This document shows positions 9,087 to 19,116 of a stretch of 64,000 nucleotides of DNA, piece by piece (position 1 is the stretch's first letter; every line of letters begins with the position of its first letter). The notes beneath the pieces were generated by a model, which did no database searches, was not told the DNA's origin, and saw only the letters and a list, made by a program, of their open reading frames with translations. Both the position numbers and the translations under genes were made by a program. Source of the stretch: Candidatus Multivoradales bacterium (GTDB lineage Bacteria; Acidobacteriota; Thermoanaerobaculia; Multivoradales; J023). Location of the stretch: assembly GCA_965248925.1 (NCBI GenBank), contig CBDFLE010000005.1, positions 32,001-96,000 on the forward strand. The letters are read 5' to 3'.

Positions 9087-9189
9087 TCTAACCTCCCGGC
9101 ATTATTGCAGGCCCGTACAGCGTGGCACTGACTTTGCGCAGATAGCTCACCTGTGATCTCCTATTCCACGACATCGCCAGAGGGTCGGA

Positions 9190-12100
9190 TTGATCCTCCG
9201 GGTTCGTGATTTAGGCAACCCTACCCTGGAGATCTTCAACCGCGACCAGAGCACGACTTGGACGCTGGGGGAAGCGGTGCCGCCGGGCCTCACCCTGGCC
9301 CCGCCCAGCCCACCGAGCGGCACGGCGGCCGTCTCGCTCACCGTCAGTGGCATGGCGACGGCGGATCTTCCGGTGACCCTGCGCAACCTCACCACCGGGG
9401 AGCGCGATAGCGCTCGCGTCGGCAGTGCTGGTGGCGGCGGTGCTGGCAGTTTCTCCCTGAGTCTCAGCGTGCAGCGCGGCGACCGCCTGGAGCTGCTGCG
9501 CAACGAGCTGTCCTTGGCCTACGTGGCGGGTTACGACGCCGGGGTGGTGACGGTGGATCTGAACGCCGTCGAAGCGGTCGATGAGGAAGTCGACGATCCC
9601 TGGGATGCCTTCGATCTGCTGCGCTACAACACCCATTATTTTGTACCGACCGAGGTGCTGTGCTCGACGTTTGAGAACGATCAGCGCTTCGACGTGATCG
9701 AGGCGCGGGTGCTGCCGGCGGCGTCGGAGGGCGAGCCTTGGAGCGTGCTGGCCCTGGTCGAGAATTATGGCTTGCTGTCGCTGGGTGCCTCGGTCGCTGC
9801 GCCGCTCGACAAGCTGGCCTACCGCGACGCTCTGTGCGGCGAGGTCGACGGCAACCGCAAGCTGGGCGGTCTCGATGTGCTGCCCGGCTACCGCTTCGAC
9901 CGTAACGGCGACGGTGTGCTGGACGACGAGGAGCCCGAGCGTGACTACGCGCTGCTCACCAACACCGTCGGTGGCGGCGGTCTTGGCTGGCTGCTGATCG
10001 TCGATGTCACCAAGCGCGATGAGCTGCTTCTTGTGGGCCGCATCGAGCTGCCCGGCCCAGCGACGCGGGTGACTGCTGATCCGGTCGGCCGCCGCGCCCT
10101 GGTCTCAGGCCTCGGTGGCGGGGTCTACATCGTCGACCTCGATCGCTGGCCCGAGCTGGGTGGCGGCGGCGGAACCCCTCAGATCTGGTCGAGCGATCGG
10201 GTGGTCGAGCGCCTGAGCTTTGGCGAGGACGTGCGCGCCCCCACCCTGGTAGCTCCAGAACTGGGCCTGGCCTTCGCCGGTGGCGTTGCCCGCGGCGTGA
10301 CCCCCCTCAGCACCGGCCTGCCACGCCTGTCGCTGGTGACTAGCGGCAAAAAGGGACTGCGCCGGGTCGCCCGGTTGGCGCCATTTGGCGCGCCTACCGC
10401 GCCGGAGAGCGCCGAGGAGGAAGCCGAAGAACTACCCGGCCTGATCCGCGTGCAGGCGCAGCTTCCTGGTGGCCTGGCCGATACCGAGGGCAAGATCCGT
10501 GTTGACCTCGCGGGCATCGGCCCCGCCGGGCTGCCGCTGCGCGGCCTTGGTGAGGGGCTGATGGACGAGCCCGTGGCCGAGCTGAAAGACGATAAGGCGC
10601 TGGTGCTGCAGCGGCAGTCGGACAACCCCCTTTCAGAGGGCTACAACGTCTTCCTCTCCGACCCGGTGGTGCTGCTGGCAGATGTACGCGCCTCGGCGCA
10701 CTTCGAGCGCTCGGAGGCCGAGAAGAAGGTCTGCCGCCGCTGCGACCTGGTGGACGAGGGGGTCTACTCCGCGGCCGATCTACCTCCCAACGAGCTGCAT
10801 GTCGAGCTGCTGTCGGGCCATCAAGTGCGGGCTAGCTACAGCGCAGCCTTCGCCACCAGCCTTGCCGGCCTCTACGATGCCGACCTGCTAGCGGGCTACG
10901 CCGTCGTCGCCGACAGCGTGCCCTGGGATCTCAGCCCCTCGCCGCACCAGGAGCCGGTGCTCAATGCCGCCACTAGAGCGATAGCGGCGCCGGGCACCCT
11001 CTTGCACTCCGGCGAGATGAGCCGCCAGGCGATCGACCTCAGCCTCCAAGGCCGGGGTTTAGATGTGGCCTTGGTGCGCACCTACCGCAGCCAAACGATC
11101 AGCAACGGCCCCCTCGGCCCGGGCTGGGATCATGGCTACCGCCTGCGCCTGCGGCTCTTGCCCAATGGCGATATCGACTTCTTCGACGGCACTGGCCGCC
11201 GCGAGACCTTCACCTTGGAAGACGACCGCGAGCTGAAGCCGCCCGTCGGCCGCTTCGTCCAGCTCAAGAAGTACGCCGAGGGCTACACCCTGATCGGCAG
11301 CGGCTACCAGCGCTGGCGTTTCGACCGCTGGGGTCGTTTAGTGTCGATGATCGACTCGGTGCGCACCAGCGAAGGGACCGGCAACGAGATCACCTTCCAC
11401 TACGACTCCCACTCGCGCCTGGCGCGAATCCACGACGACCTCGACCGCAACACCTTCCTGCACTACGACGACGAAGGCCGCTTAGAAAAAGTCGTAGACT
11501 TCAGCGACCGCGACTTCCTCTACCACTACGACGCCCAGGGCCGGCTGAGCAGTTTCGAGACCCCAGAAGTCGACCTCGGCACCGGCAGCAGCCAGCGCCT
11601 ATCGACCACCTACGCCTACCACGCCGCCGGCACCGGCCTGGCTGGCCAGCTCAGCCAACGCGATGATCTGAAAAGCGAGACTGACGCCAAGAGCCAGACC
11701 TGGCTCACCCTGCGGTATCAGGACTCCGACGGCAACGGCCGCCCCGATGCGCTCAAAGAACAAGATTGGGGAGCGGGGACAGTGCATTTGGCCTTCGATT
11801 TCGACGGCCAGCAGACCACCCTCACCGATCGCCGAGGCAAAGTCTGGACCTACCATCACAACGCTGCTGGGCAGGCCACCAGCCTGGTCGATCCGAAGTC
11901 AGCCAACGGGTCGTGGCAATACGACGGCGAAGGTCTACTGACCCGCGCCACCCGCCCCCTGGGTGGGGCTACCGAGATCGAGTATCCGGCGGACACCTCC
12001 GGCGACCGCCGCGGCAGAGGCGATGCTCTGCGGATGGTTAAGATCGCCGACAGCCGCGGCCCCAACGGCTCGCCCAGCGAGCTGGTGACCACCTGGGAAT

Positions 12101-15100
12101 ACCACTCGCCGACCCACCAGCCCAGCCGAAAGACCGAGCCCGGTGGCGCGGTGACGGTGTGGGTACGGACGGACAATGGCCTGCCCCAGCAAATCGTGCG
12201 GGCGGCTGGCGCGGCGGAGCAGAGCATCACCGGATTGACCTACAACGCCCGCGGCCAGCTGCTGGAAGCCACTAATCCCAACGGTCACGTCACCCGCCAC
12301 AGCTATTTCGCCTCTGGCGGGCAGAAAGGCTATCTGCAGCAAACAGAAGTCGACCCTGGCGGTCTCAGTCTGGTCACCACCTACGAGCGCAATGATCGCG
12401 GCCAGCTGGAGGCGATCACCGATCCGCGGGGTGTGCGCCATGAGACCGAGCTGAACAATCTGGATTGGCCGCTGGCCCAAGTAGCCGCCGCCAGCACCAG
12501 CGGTTTTCTGGCACCCCTCGGCTACCGCACGACCTGGCGCTATGACGCTAACGGCGACATCAGCGAAGTGGCCAGCCCATTCGGCGATGGCTCGACGACG
12601 ACGATCGAGGCTCGTACTTACGGCGTGCTCGGCGAGCTGCTGTCGGTCGAGAGGGAGATGGCAGCGGGAGGTCGGCGGATTGTCGAGACCTCGACCTATG
12701 ACCCAAACCTGAACCTCTTGACTCACGTCGACGGTGCCGGCCAGCGGGTCGAGCGCGAGTACGACGAGCGAGGACAGCTGTCTCTGGTGCGCCGCGGCTT
12801 GGGTACCGGCGCATTGGCAACACCGATTGTCGAGCATCAGAGCTACGACCTCGATGGCCATTTGAGCAGTCAGCGCGATGGCCGCGGCATGACCTGGGAG
12901 GCCGAGCGCGATGGCCATGGCCGGGTGCTGCGCAGCCGCTCGCCTCTCGGCCACTACCGAGAGCAACGCTACAATCCGGCCGGCGATCTGGCTGCCCTGC
13001 TGGCCTACGATGCCGGGGGGCAGCTGCTAGTCGAGAGTGCTTTTGCCTACGATCTGCTGCACCGCCGCACCGAGACCACCGCCTGGCGCTGGACACCGGA
13101 CCCGCAGCAGCCCGACCCCTCTCGTACCGCTGAGAAGACTCGCCATCGGTGGGACGCCGCCAGCAACCTGCTCGAAGTCGAAGATCCGCTGGGTCGCCTG
13201 ACCAGGACTTCTTACGATGCTGCCGAGCGCCCCGAGCGAGTGGAGCTGCCCGAGGGCAACGTGCGCCGCACGACCTACGATTCTGGTGGCTTGCCGATTA
13301 CCGAGCATGCCGACGAGGTCGATCCGGCGGGCGGCTCGCACACCATCACCCATCAATCGACTTTCGATGCCCTCGGCCGCCGCCTCAGCCGCCAAGACGG
13401 AATCTTCGCCAACCGCACCCTCTGGACGGTGGATGCTCGCGGCCAAGTGACCCTCGAAGTCGACCCGACCGGTAGTTTCACCCAGCGCAGCTACGATGGG
13501 CTCAACCGGATGACCCGCGAAGTCCGTCCAGAAGGGATCGCCGTCGACTATGCCTGGGACGACGCCTCGCGCCTCAGCACCTACACCGACGCCCGCGGTC
13601 AGGCCACCCGCTGGACCTACGACGCCGTGGGCCGGCGCACCAAAGTGGTCTACCCTGATCAGCAGCAGGAACGCTGGGTCTATGACCCCACCGGCAACGT
13701 TACCGAGCGCCACGATCCTCGCGGCTTGGTCGTGCATCAGAGCTGGGACGACGCTGGGCGGTTGCAATCACGTACTGTCACCCCGCCGCTGGGCGGCACC
13801 CTCGAAGGGCCGGGGGTCGAGGCTTTCACCTTCGACGGCCTCGACCGCCTGACCCGAGCCCAGTCGGGAAGCGTAGTTACCGAGCGAGTCTACAACTCCC
13901 TCTCCCACCTGGCCTCAGAGACGAATGCCGGACGCACCACCAGCTGGCAGCGCAACGCCCTTGGCGAGCCCACTCGCACTAGCTACCCCTCGGGCCGCCA
14001 GGTCGAGCGCGCCTTCGACAATCTCGGCCGAGCCAGCACGGTTGGCGAACCCGGCGCGCCAGCCTCGATTGCCAGCTACGGCTATCGCGGCCCGGCGATT
14101 GCCTACAAGGCTCTCGGCAATGGTCTCCTGGGCAACATAAGCTTCGATGGCTTGCGCCGGATGGTGGACAACAACTTCAGCCTGGCGGGGGAGTCCGCCA
14201 CCTTCCAGGAAAGCCTGGCCTGGAGTCCTCGCGGCCTCAAGACCGGCCAATCGCGTGGCGATCTGGGCGGTGCTGGCCGGGTCTTCGCCTACGATGGCGC
14301 CCAGCGCCTGATCGAATCCGCTCGCGTGCCCCCGGCTTTGGCTCAGCGCCCTGGCAACACGCCCCCCGACGTGGCCCTGCTGGCCACCTTGCCCGAACGC
14401 ACGAGCTACCAGCACGACAACGCCATGAACCTGATTCGCAGCAGCACCACCCAGCGTGGCATCGAGCAGATCACCGATTTGCCGCCCGACAATCGCAATC
14501 GTCCCAGCGCCTTCGGCGGCGTTGCCCTCGAATGGGATGCCGCCGGCAACATGAAGCGCAAAGGCGATATGCAGATGTACTATGATTTACACAACCGCCT
14601 GACGCGGGTCGCCCGCGCCGGTGTCGAAGTCGCCAAGTATCACTACGACGCCTTCAACCGCCGGGTGAAGGCCGAAACGCCGACACACACTGAGGACAGC
14701 GTCTGGGACGGCTGGCAATCGTTAGAAACCTATCGCGATGGTGCCTTGGCCTCGCGGCGGGTCTACGGCAACGGTATCGACGAGATCCTGCAACAAGAGG
14801 CCGACCTCGACGGAGATGGCACGGTGGAGCAGACTTACTATCCGATCACCGACAGCACCGGCAACGTGGCGATGCTGACCGGAGCTGACGGCAAGCCCAT
14901 CGAGCGCTACTTCTACAGCCCGTTTGGCGGGCGCAAAGTGCTGGTCGACTCCACGCCCCCCGAGGTCGAACAAGTGCGGGTGCAAGACGGTGCACTGTGG
15001 ATCGAGCTTTCTGAAGAAGTCTCCACCGAAGAACTACAAGCCAGCCTGGCCGACGGTCGCATCCAGCTGACCCAGACCAGCGACGGAATGCCCCTGCCGC

Positions 15101-16614
15101 TGACCCTCGATCTGCCCGTCCAGGAAGGCCGTCAAGCTCGGCGAAGACTCGTGCTCACGCCGGCCACGCCGCCGGCCGACGGTGACAGCCTGCGGCTAGA
15201 AGTCGCCGCCAGCGCGCTGAGCGATACCTTCCGCAACCAGGCCAATGCCGGCGTCGATCTCACCTGGACCTGGTCCGCAGCCGACGAAGTGCTGCAAGAC
15301 ACCGCCGCGCCGCGGGTCGCCGAAGTCCTGCTGCGATCACGCATCGTCGAGATCCAGTTCAGCGAAGAAGCCGACCTCGCCGCGGCTGCCAGCGCGATCC
15401 TCTTAGACGGTCAGCCCACTAGCTGGACCCTGGCTGAAGACCGATACACCCTGATCTCTACTACGACGCTGGCAGCAGGAACGCACACACTCGACATCAG
15501 CACCACTGCTCTCGACCTCGCCGGCAGCGGCCTGGTCGCTGCCTTCAGTCAGGCGCTCGACGTGCCCGCCAGCGGCGACCAGCTGGCCTACCAGGCCGCC
15601 GACCCGCGGCTCAGCAGCACCAGCGCCGCCGGCAATGCTCACGGCTTCCATGGCCGGCCGGTGGATGAGGAAACCGGGCTGTTGTACTTCAGGAATCGGT
15701 ATCTTGATCCGGAGATGGGACGGTTTGTTAGTAGCGACCCGATGGGTTATGTGGATGGGCCTAGTGGGTATCAGTTTGCCGGGAGTTCGCCTGGGGATGG
15801 AAGGGATCCGTTGGGGTTGTGTGTGGGGAGGCTAAGAGAGACTGGTTTCTGCAAGGGCGTCAATGATTTGCTAACCGGGTATGGGCCGGTGGTCAATGAC
15901 AATGCCGTTCTCAAGGAGTATGAGAAGGTTAGGCGAGAGGCGGTAAGGGTTCAAGGAGGAATCGCCGCAAGCCCACTAATTCATCAGCAAGTGTACGCCA
16001 ATCTTCATCATGGTAAAATGGAAAGCGTAGCAGGTTTGGTGGTTCATCAAACTGGAGCTGAATCTGCCAAGTCTACATTCAACAATTACAGGTCTTCATC
16101 CGACGGCGCACATTTTCTGATTGCTAGAAATGGTGATATTTTCCAGACAGCCATGGTAGATAGAGTGACATGGCACGTTGGTAAATTGAAGTCGCGATGC
16201 CTAGCCCGAATTGAATACTGCACGCATCCAGTAGTGGATTTTGGAATAGGATCATGGGTCTTGGATTCCATAGAATACGAAAGAGCTTTGGTGGCAAGAC
16301 GCAGCGGCCCAACGCTCCAACACAATCGGGAAAGGGGGAAAGTATATCCGCTTCGATATCCCAGCAATCATGACGCGATTGGGATTGAGCTAGTTGGAGC
16401 CGCCCGGAACCCGGCTACGGGGCTTGCCCCCTACTGGAATGATAAAGCAATTTATGACAACGCGACGTCGCGTCAGAATGATTCATTGTCCTGGCTTGTT
16501 CGCCAACTTCAACGGGAACTCGGAGTGGGAGAAGAGGACGTGTTCAGGCATCCTTTGATTAGTGCTAAGAATGCAACAGAGGCTCAGTCGGCCGATTGGG
16601 GACCCCATGATTAA
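9190..16614 (+). CDS. RHS toxin (core type A) with DUF6531-like region and C-terminal N-acetylmuramoyl-L-alanine amidase (Amidase_2-like); start uncertain, possibly 5'-truncated
   Basis: 'DLSLQGRGLDVALVRTYRSQ...LGPGWDHGY'; YD repeats; DPLG; tip 'LVVHQT...AHFLIARNGDIFQ...WHVG...NHDAIGIELVG...FRH'. Confidence 0.9.
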   Translation: MILRVRDLGNPTLEIFNRDQSTTWTLGEAVPPGLTLAPPSPPSGTAAVSLTVSGMATADLPVTLRNLTTGERDSARVGSAGGGGAGSFSLSLSVQRGDRLELLRNELSLAYVAGYDAGVVTVDLNAVEAVDEEVDDPWDAFDLLRYNTHYFVPTEVLCSTFENDQRFDVIEARVLPAASEGEPWSVLALVENYGLLSLGASVAAPLDKLAYRDALCGEVDGNRKLGGLDVLPGYRFDRNGDGVLDDEEPERDYALLTNTVGGGGLGWLLIVDVTKRDELLLVGRIELPGPATRVTADPVGRRALVSGLGGGVYIVDLDRWPELGGGGGTPQIWSSDRVVERLSFGEDVRAPTLVAPELGLAFAGGVARGVTPLSTGLPRLSLVTSGKKGLRRVARLAPFGAPTAPESAEEEAEELPGLIRVQAQLPGGLADTEGKIRVDLAGIGPAGLPLRGLGEGLMDEPVAELKDDKALVLQRQSDNPLSEGYNVFLSDPVVLLADVRASAHFERSEAEKKVCRRCDLVDEGVYSAADLPPNELHVELLSGHQVRASYSAAFATSLAGLYDADLLAGYAVVADSVPWDLSPSPHQEPVLNAATRAIAAPGTLLHSGEMSRQAIDLSLQGRGLDVALVRTYRSQTISNGPLGPGWDHGYRLRLRLLPNGDIDFFDGTGRRETFTLEDDRELKPPVGRFVQLKKYAEGYTLIGSGYQRWRFDRWGRLVSMIDSVRTSEGTGNEITFHYDSHSRLARIHDDLDRNTFLHYDDEGRLEKVVDFSDRDFLYHYDAQGRLSSFETPEVDLGTGSSQRLSTTYAYHAAGTGLAGQLSQRDDLKSETDAKSQTWLTLRYQDSDGNGRPDALKEQDWGAGTVHLAFDFDGQQTTLTDRRGKVWTYHHNAAGQATSLVDPKSANGSWQYDGEGLLTRATRPLGGATEIEYPADTSGDRRGRGDALRMVKIADSRGPNGSPSELVTTWEYHSPTHQPSRKTEPGGAVTVWVRTDNGLPQQIVRAAGAAEQSITGLTYNARGQLLEATNPNGHVTRHSYFASGGQKGYLQQTEVDPGGLSLVTTYERNDRGQLEAITDPRGVRHETELNNLDWPLAQVAAASTSGFLAPLGYRTTWRYDANGDISEVASPFGDGSTTTIEARTYGVLGELLSVEREMAAGGRRIVETSTYDPNLNLLTHVDGAGQRVEREYDERGQLSLVRRGLGTGALATPIVEHQSYDLDGHLSSQRDGRGMTWEAERDGHGRVLRSRSPLGHYREQRYNPAGDLAALLAYDAGGQLLVESAFAYDLLHRRTETTAWRWTPDPQQPDPSRTAEKTRHRWDAASNLLEVEDPLGRLTRTSYDAAERPERVELPEGNVRRTTYDSGGLPITEHADEVDPAGGSHTITHQSTFDALGRRLSRQDGIFANRTLWTVDARGQVTLEVDPTGSFTQRSYDGLNRMTREVRPEGIAVDYAWDDASRLSTYTDARGQATRWTYDAVGRRTKVVYPDQQQERWVYDPTGNVTERHDPRGLVVHQSWDDAGRLQSRTVTPPLGGTLEGPGVEAFTFDGLDRLTRAQSGSVVTERVYNSLSHLASETNAGRTTSWQRNALGEPTRTSYPSGRQVERAFDNLGRASTVGEPGAPASIASYGYRGPAIAYKALGNGLLGNISFDGLRRMVDNNFSLAGESATFQESLAWSPRGLKTGQSRGDLGGAGRVFAYDGAQRLIESARVPPALAQRPGNTPPDVALLATLPERTSYQHDNAMNLIRSSTTQRGIEQITDLPPDNRNRPSAFGGVALEWDAAGNMKRKGDMQMYYDLHNRLTRVARAGVEVAKYHYDAFNRRVKAETPTHTEDSVWDGWQSLETYRDGALASRRVYGNGIDEILQQEADLDGDGTVEQTYYPITDSTGNVAMLTGADGKPIERYFYSPFGGRKVLVDSTPPEVEQVRVQDGALWIELSEEVSTEELQASLADGRIQLTQTSDGMPLPLTLDLPVQEGRQARRRLVLTPATPPADGDSLRLEVAASALSDTFRNQANAGVDLTWTWSAADEVLQDTAAPRVAEVLLRSRIVEIQFSEEADLAAAASAILLDGQPTSWTLAEDRYTLISTTTLAAGTHTLDISTTALDLAGSGLVAAFSQALDVPASGDQLAYQAADPRLSSTSAAGNAHGFHGRPVDEETGLLYFRNRYLDPEMGRFVSSDPMGYVDGPSGYQFAGSSPGDGRDPLGLCVGRLRETGFCKGVNDLLTGYGPVVNDNAVLKEYEKVRREAVRVQGGIAASPLIHQQVYANLHHGKMESVAGLVVHQTGAESAKSTFNNYRSSSDGAHFLIARNGDIFQTAMVDRVTWHVGKLKSRCLARIEYCTHPVVDFGIGSWVLDSIEYERALVARRSGPTLQHNRERGKVYPLRYPSNHDAIGIELVGAARNPATGLAPYWNDKAIYDNATSRQNDSLSWLVRQLQRELGVGEEDVFRHPLISAKNATEAQSADWGPHD

Positions 16615-17332
16615 AGCAACGAAGTGTACTTACTTCTTTCTCGTCACATCGCTTTTTTTATCCCTTTGTTCTTGTTTGAGAGCTGGTGACATTGGTTTTC
16701 TATTTACTGAAATATTCGGAGGAGATTTCACGGCCGTTGTTGGGGAGTTTTTCGGTGATCGGACTGAGCCGGCATGCGATCAGTTCGAGCTAACTGAAGA
16801 AATTGTAAATTTCTTTTTCCTCAATGCTCGCCTGATTGATGGGTATTCTCTGGAAAAGCAGTACCCGTGGTATCCTTGTGGTTTCGAAGGTTCAGTCACA
16901 ATGGGTGACTTTGATTTTCGCTGGTCTATATCTCCCGGGGGGAAGGGGTTTCTTGAATCAGACGTCTTCGGGTCGATTTATCTGATTTGTGGTGTCGGAT
17001 GTGAAGATGCGTTTCCTCATGGTGGCAATTTGTTTTCTGATGACATTGCGGCGGAGAGGAAGCGTGTAGGCGATACATTGTCTCAGGATACAGTACGATA
17101 CGAGTGGTATGAGGTTTGGGTAGGCCAAGCAGAGGGCGTGCCGCATGTGCTGATCCTTGGGGTTCACGATCGGAATCTAGAGGTGGTTAATCCTCTTGAG
17201 GAGAGTCTTATTGTTGCTCGCTTTTCAAACTATGATGATGCGCGAGAATGGCTTAGCAGGAGATATCAACTCGTTCGAGGTAGGGCCAAGCCGATTCAAT
17301 TGTCCCGTCCGCGGCGTCCACGAACGAAATAG
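16607..17332 (+). CDS. Putative lipoprotein immunity protein for the amidase tip
   Basis: ATG overlaps the toxin end; signal/lipobox-like 'MIKATKCTYFFLVTSLFLSLCSC'; low GC; C-terminus SRPRRPRTK* is encoded by the element end. Confidence 0.7.
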   Translation: MIKATKCTYFFLVTSLFLSLCSCLRAGDIGFLFTEIFGGDFTAVVGEFFGDRTEPACDQFELTEEIVNFFFLNARLIDGYSLEKQYPWYPCGFEGSVTMGDFDFRWSISPGGKGFLESDVFGSIYLICGVGCEDAFPHGGNLFSDDIAAERKRVGDTLSQDTVRYEWYEVWVGQAEGVPHVLILGVHDRNLEVVNPLEESLIVARFSNYDDAREWLSRRYQLVRGRAKPIQLSRPRRPRTK

Positions 17333-17478
17333 TGGCTAAAAGGCCTGTCCCGTCCGCGGCGTCCACGAACGAAATAGTGGCTAAAATGTCCCGTCCGCCG
17401 CGTCCGCGATCAAAATCTGTCCCGTCCGCCGTGTCCCGTCCGCCGCGTCCGCGATCAAAATCGTAGCCAAACGGCCAC
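17301..17478 (+). repeat. Five stacked copies of the element terminus (start at 17301, 17346, 17387, 17418, 17432)
   Basis: Each begins TGTCCCGTCCGC; the first four are truncated at 45, 41, 31 and 14 bp; two sequence variants. Confidence 0.95.
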
Positions 17479-17658
17479 TTTATTGGTCGCCTGCCTTCGT
17501 TGATGGACCCGCTCCTTGTCGCTCCTCTTCAGCTCACGCCGAGAATTTCCCAGACCGACGGCGATCTTCGCTAGCTGCCGAGAATCCGAGGCGCCTGAGC
17601 GAGCCTCACCGTGGACAGCGCGTCGCAGCAGCCCATCAACTCGCCAGCCTGAGCCGCT

Positions 17659-18573
17659 CTACTTGGGCGCATAGAAGCCAGAGAGCACTCCTTGCCAGGC
17701 GGTCATGAATCGTAGGTGCCCCCGTGAGGGCTTGCGGCCGGTCCAGATCTCGGCTGGCGTGTAGCCATCGAGGCTTTGGTGCGGGCGCAGTTCGTTGTAC
17801 CAAAACCGGAAGACATCCAGCTGCCGCTGGGCCTTGCGGCCCGCTGGCAGCGGCTCGCGCCGCCGCCGCAGGCGCTCTTTGAAGGTACCGAAGAACCGTT
17901 CGACGCGGCCGTTCTGCCAGGGCGAGGCCACCTGAGTTCGCTGGTGGCGAATACCCAGTATGGCCAGCGAAAGCCGGAAGATCCAAGATGTAAAGACTGG
18001 CTCGTTGTCAGTGCGCAAGCACTTTGGCTTGCCGCATAGCTCGATCGTGTTGAGCAGCTGGCGAACCAGCTCAATGGAGGCTTTGGTCTTCACCGTCTGA
18101 AGGCTCAAGCAGAGCCGAGTGCCGTGGTCGAGCAGGCCGAAGATGGTTTCTTTCTGGCCGGCGGTGTTATCAGCGTAGGTGAGATCGGCGGCCCAGATCA
18201 GCCGCTTGCCGCCGATCCCAGGTTTTCTCCTGCGGATCTTCCGGCGCCAAGCGAGAATCTCCAGCTGGTGCTCGTTGAAGATCTTTGCAACGTAGCTCTT
18301 GCCCACCGTCATTCGGCGATGGCGGTAGTTGCGATTGAAGGCTGCCGCGATCGCCCTACAGCCATCGTCGGGCTGCAACGCCTTGAGCCGGATCACCGCT
18401 TGGCGCACCCACTTGGGCTTGCGCCGGCAGAAGCCGCGATAAGTCGTTGGGTCGGGTGGACACTTGGCTCGGCGGCGGTGCTTCGCCCTGGGTTGCAGGG
18501 CGAGCGAAGTGAGCGCAAGAATCAGAAGTAACATGAAGGCACAGAGTAGGGCGCCGCCAAGATCGGGAGTCAT
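17659..18573 (-). CDS. rve/DDE integrase-transposase, copy 2
   Basis: Same DDE motifs as 5333-6247. Confidence 0.9.
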   Translation of the reverse strand: MTPDLGGALLCAFMLLLILALTSLALQPRAKHRRRAKCPPDPTTYRGFCRRKPKWVRQAVIRLKALQPDDGCRAIAAAFNRNYRHRRMTVGKSYVAKIFNEHQLEILAWRRKIRRRKPGIGGKRLIWAADLTYADNTAGQKETIFGLLDHGTRLCLSLQTVKTKASIELVRQLLNTIELCGKPKCLRTDNEPVFTSWIFRLSLAILGIRHQRTQVASPWQNGRVERFFGTFKERLRRRREPLPAGRKAQRQLDVFRFWYNELRPHQSLDGYTPAEIWTGRKPSRGHLRFMTAWQGVLSGFYAPK

Positions 18574-18623
18574 GCCCTGAGAATACCGATCTCACGCAGC
18601 CTAGCCCGAGGTGCCGCGCTGCC

Positions 18624-19091
18624 TCACGTATCACCTCCCGAATGCCAGAAGCCCGGCTTGTGCAACTCCAGCACGAAGTCCACCTCGGCGGCCCTCGTCT
18701 CGTAGTCACGCCGCTCCTTCGCCGCCGCGATCCTGGCGGCGATCTCGCTGGCCAGGTGCTCTCCCTTGCCGGGTCGCGTCGGCAAAGCTTCTCTGGCCAC
18801 ATCGCGGAGGACTTGCTCCACCAGCGCCCGGTCCTTCTTCTTCGGGTCGCTAGCGTGGTTGAGAAACCACAGGATCAGCGCCGCGGGCTCGAGGAAGCGG
18901 TGGTTGACCGCGGCCAGGAAGGCCGCGGTCAGCTCTTCGATCGGTGCGCTGGCAGAAAGCTTAATCTCAGCCAGGCTGTCGATGCTGGAATGATTGAGTC
19001 GCTGGTTGGCGCCGGTGACCTGAGCGGCGATCTGGCGTACTGTCTGGTGGATCTGTTCGGTGGTCATAGGCTTTCTGGACAGAGTGGCCAT
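18624..19091 (-). CDS. Hypothetical 155-aa protein, copy 2
   Basis: One residue different from 6298-6765. Confidence 0.7.
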   Translation of the reverse strand: MATLSRKPMTTEQIHQTVRQIAAQVTGANQRLNHSSIDSLAEIKLSASAPIEELTAAFLAAVNHRFLEPAALILWFLNHASDPKKKDRALVEQVLRDVAREALPTRPGKGEHLASEIAARIAAAKERRDYETRAAEVDFVLELHKPGFWHSGGDT

Positions 19092-19116
19092 TCTGGTGTT
19101 CCTCCTAGGTGATCTA

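Larger units (their letters stand above)
5106..9220. mobile_element. Apparently single-ended DDE-integrase element, copy 1 (right boundary approximate)
   Basis: Starts TGTCCCGTCCGCCGCGTCCGCGATCAAAATCGTAGCC; repeated at an offset of 12326 bp (17432) and again from 29121; no inverted copy of the end seen near 9.1-9.2 kb. Confidence 0.75.

Noticed and set aside
9150-9175. ...CCACGACA as a right terminal inverted repeat
   Set aside because: Only TGTC matches the left end, and no target duplication pairs with any left junction; cannot be supported, though a highly asymmetric end is not excluded.
17301-17478. Possible CRISPR array
   Set aside because: No unique spacers; the units are variable-length prefixes of the element end; no cas genes in the window.
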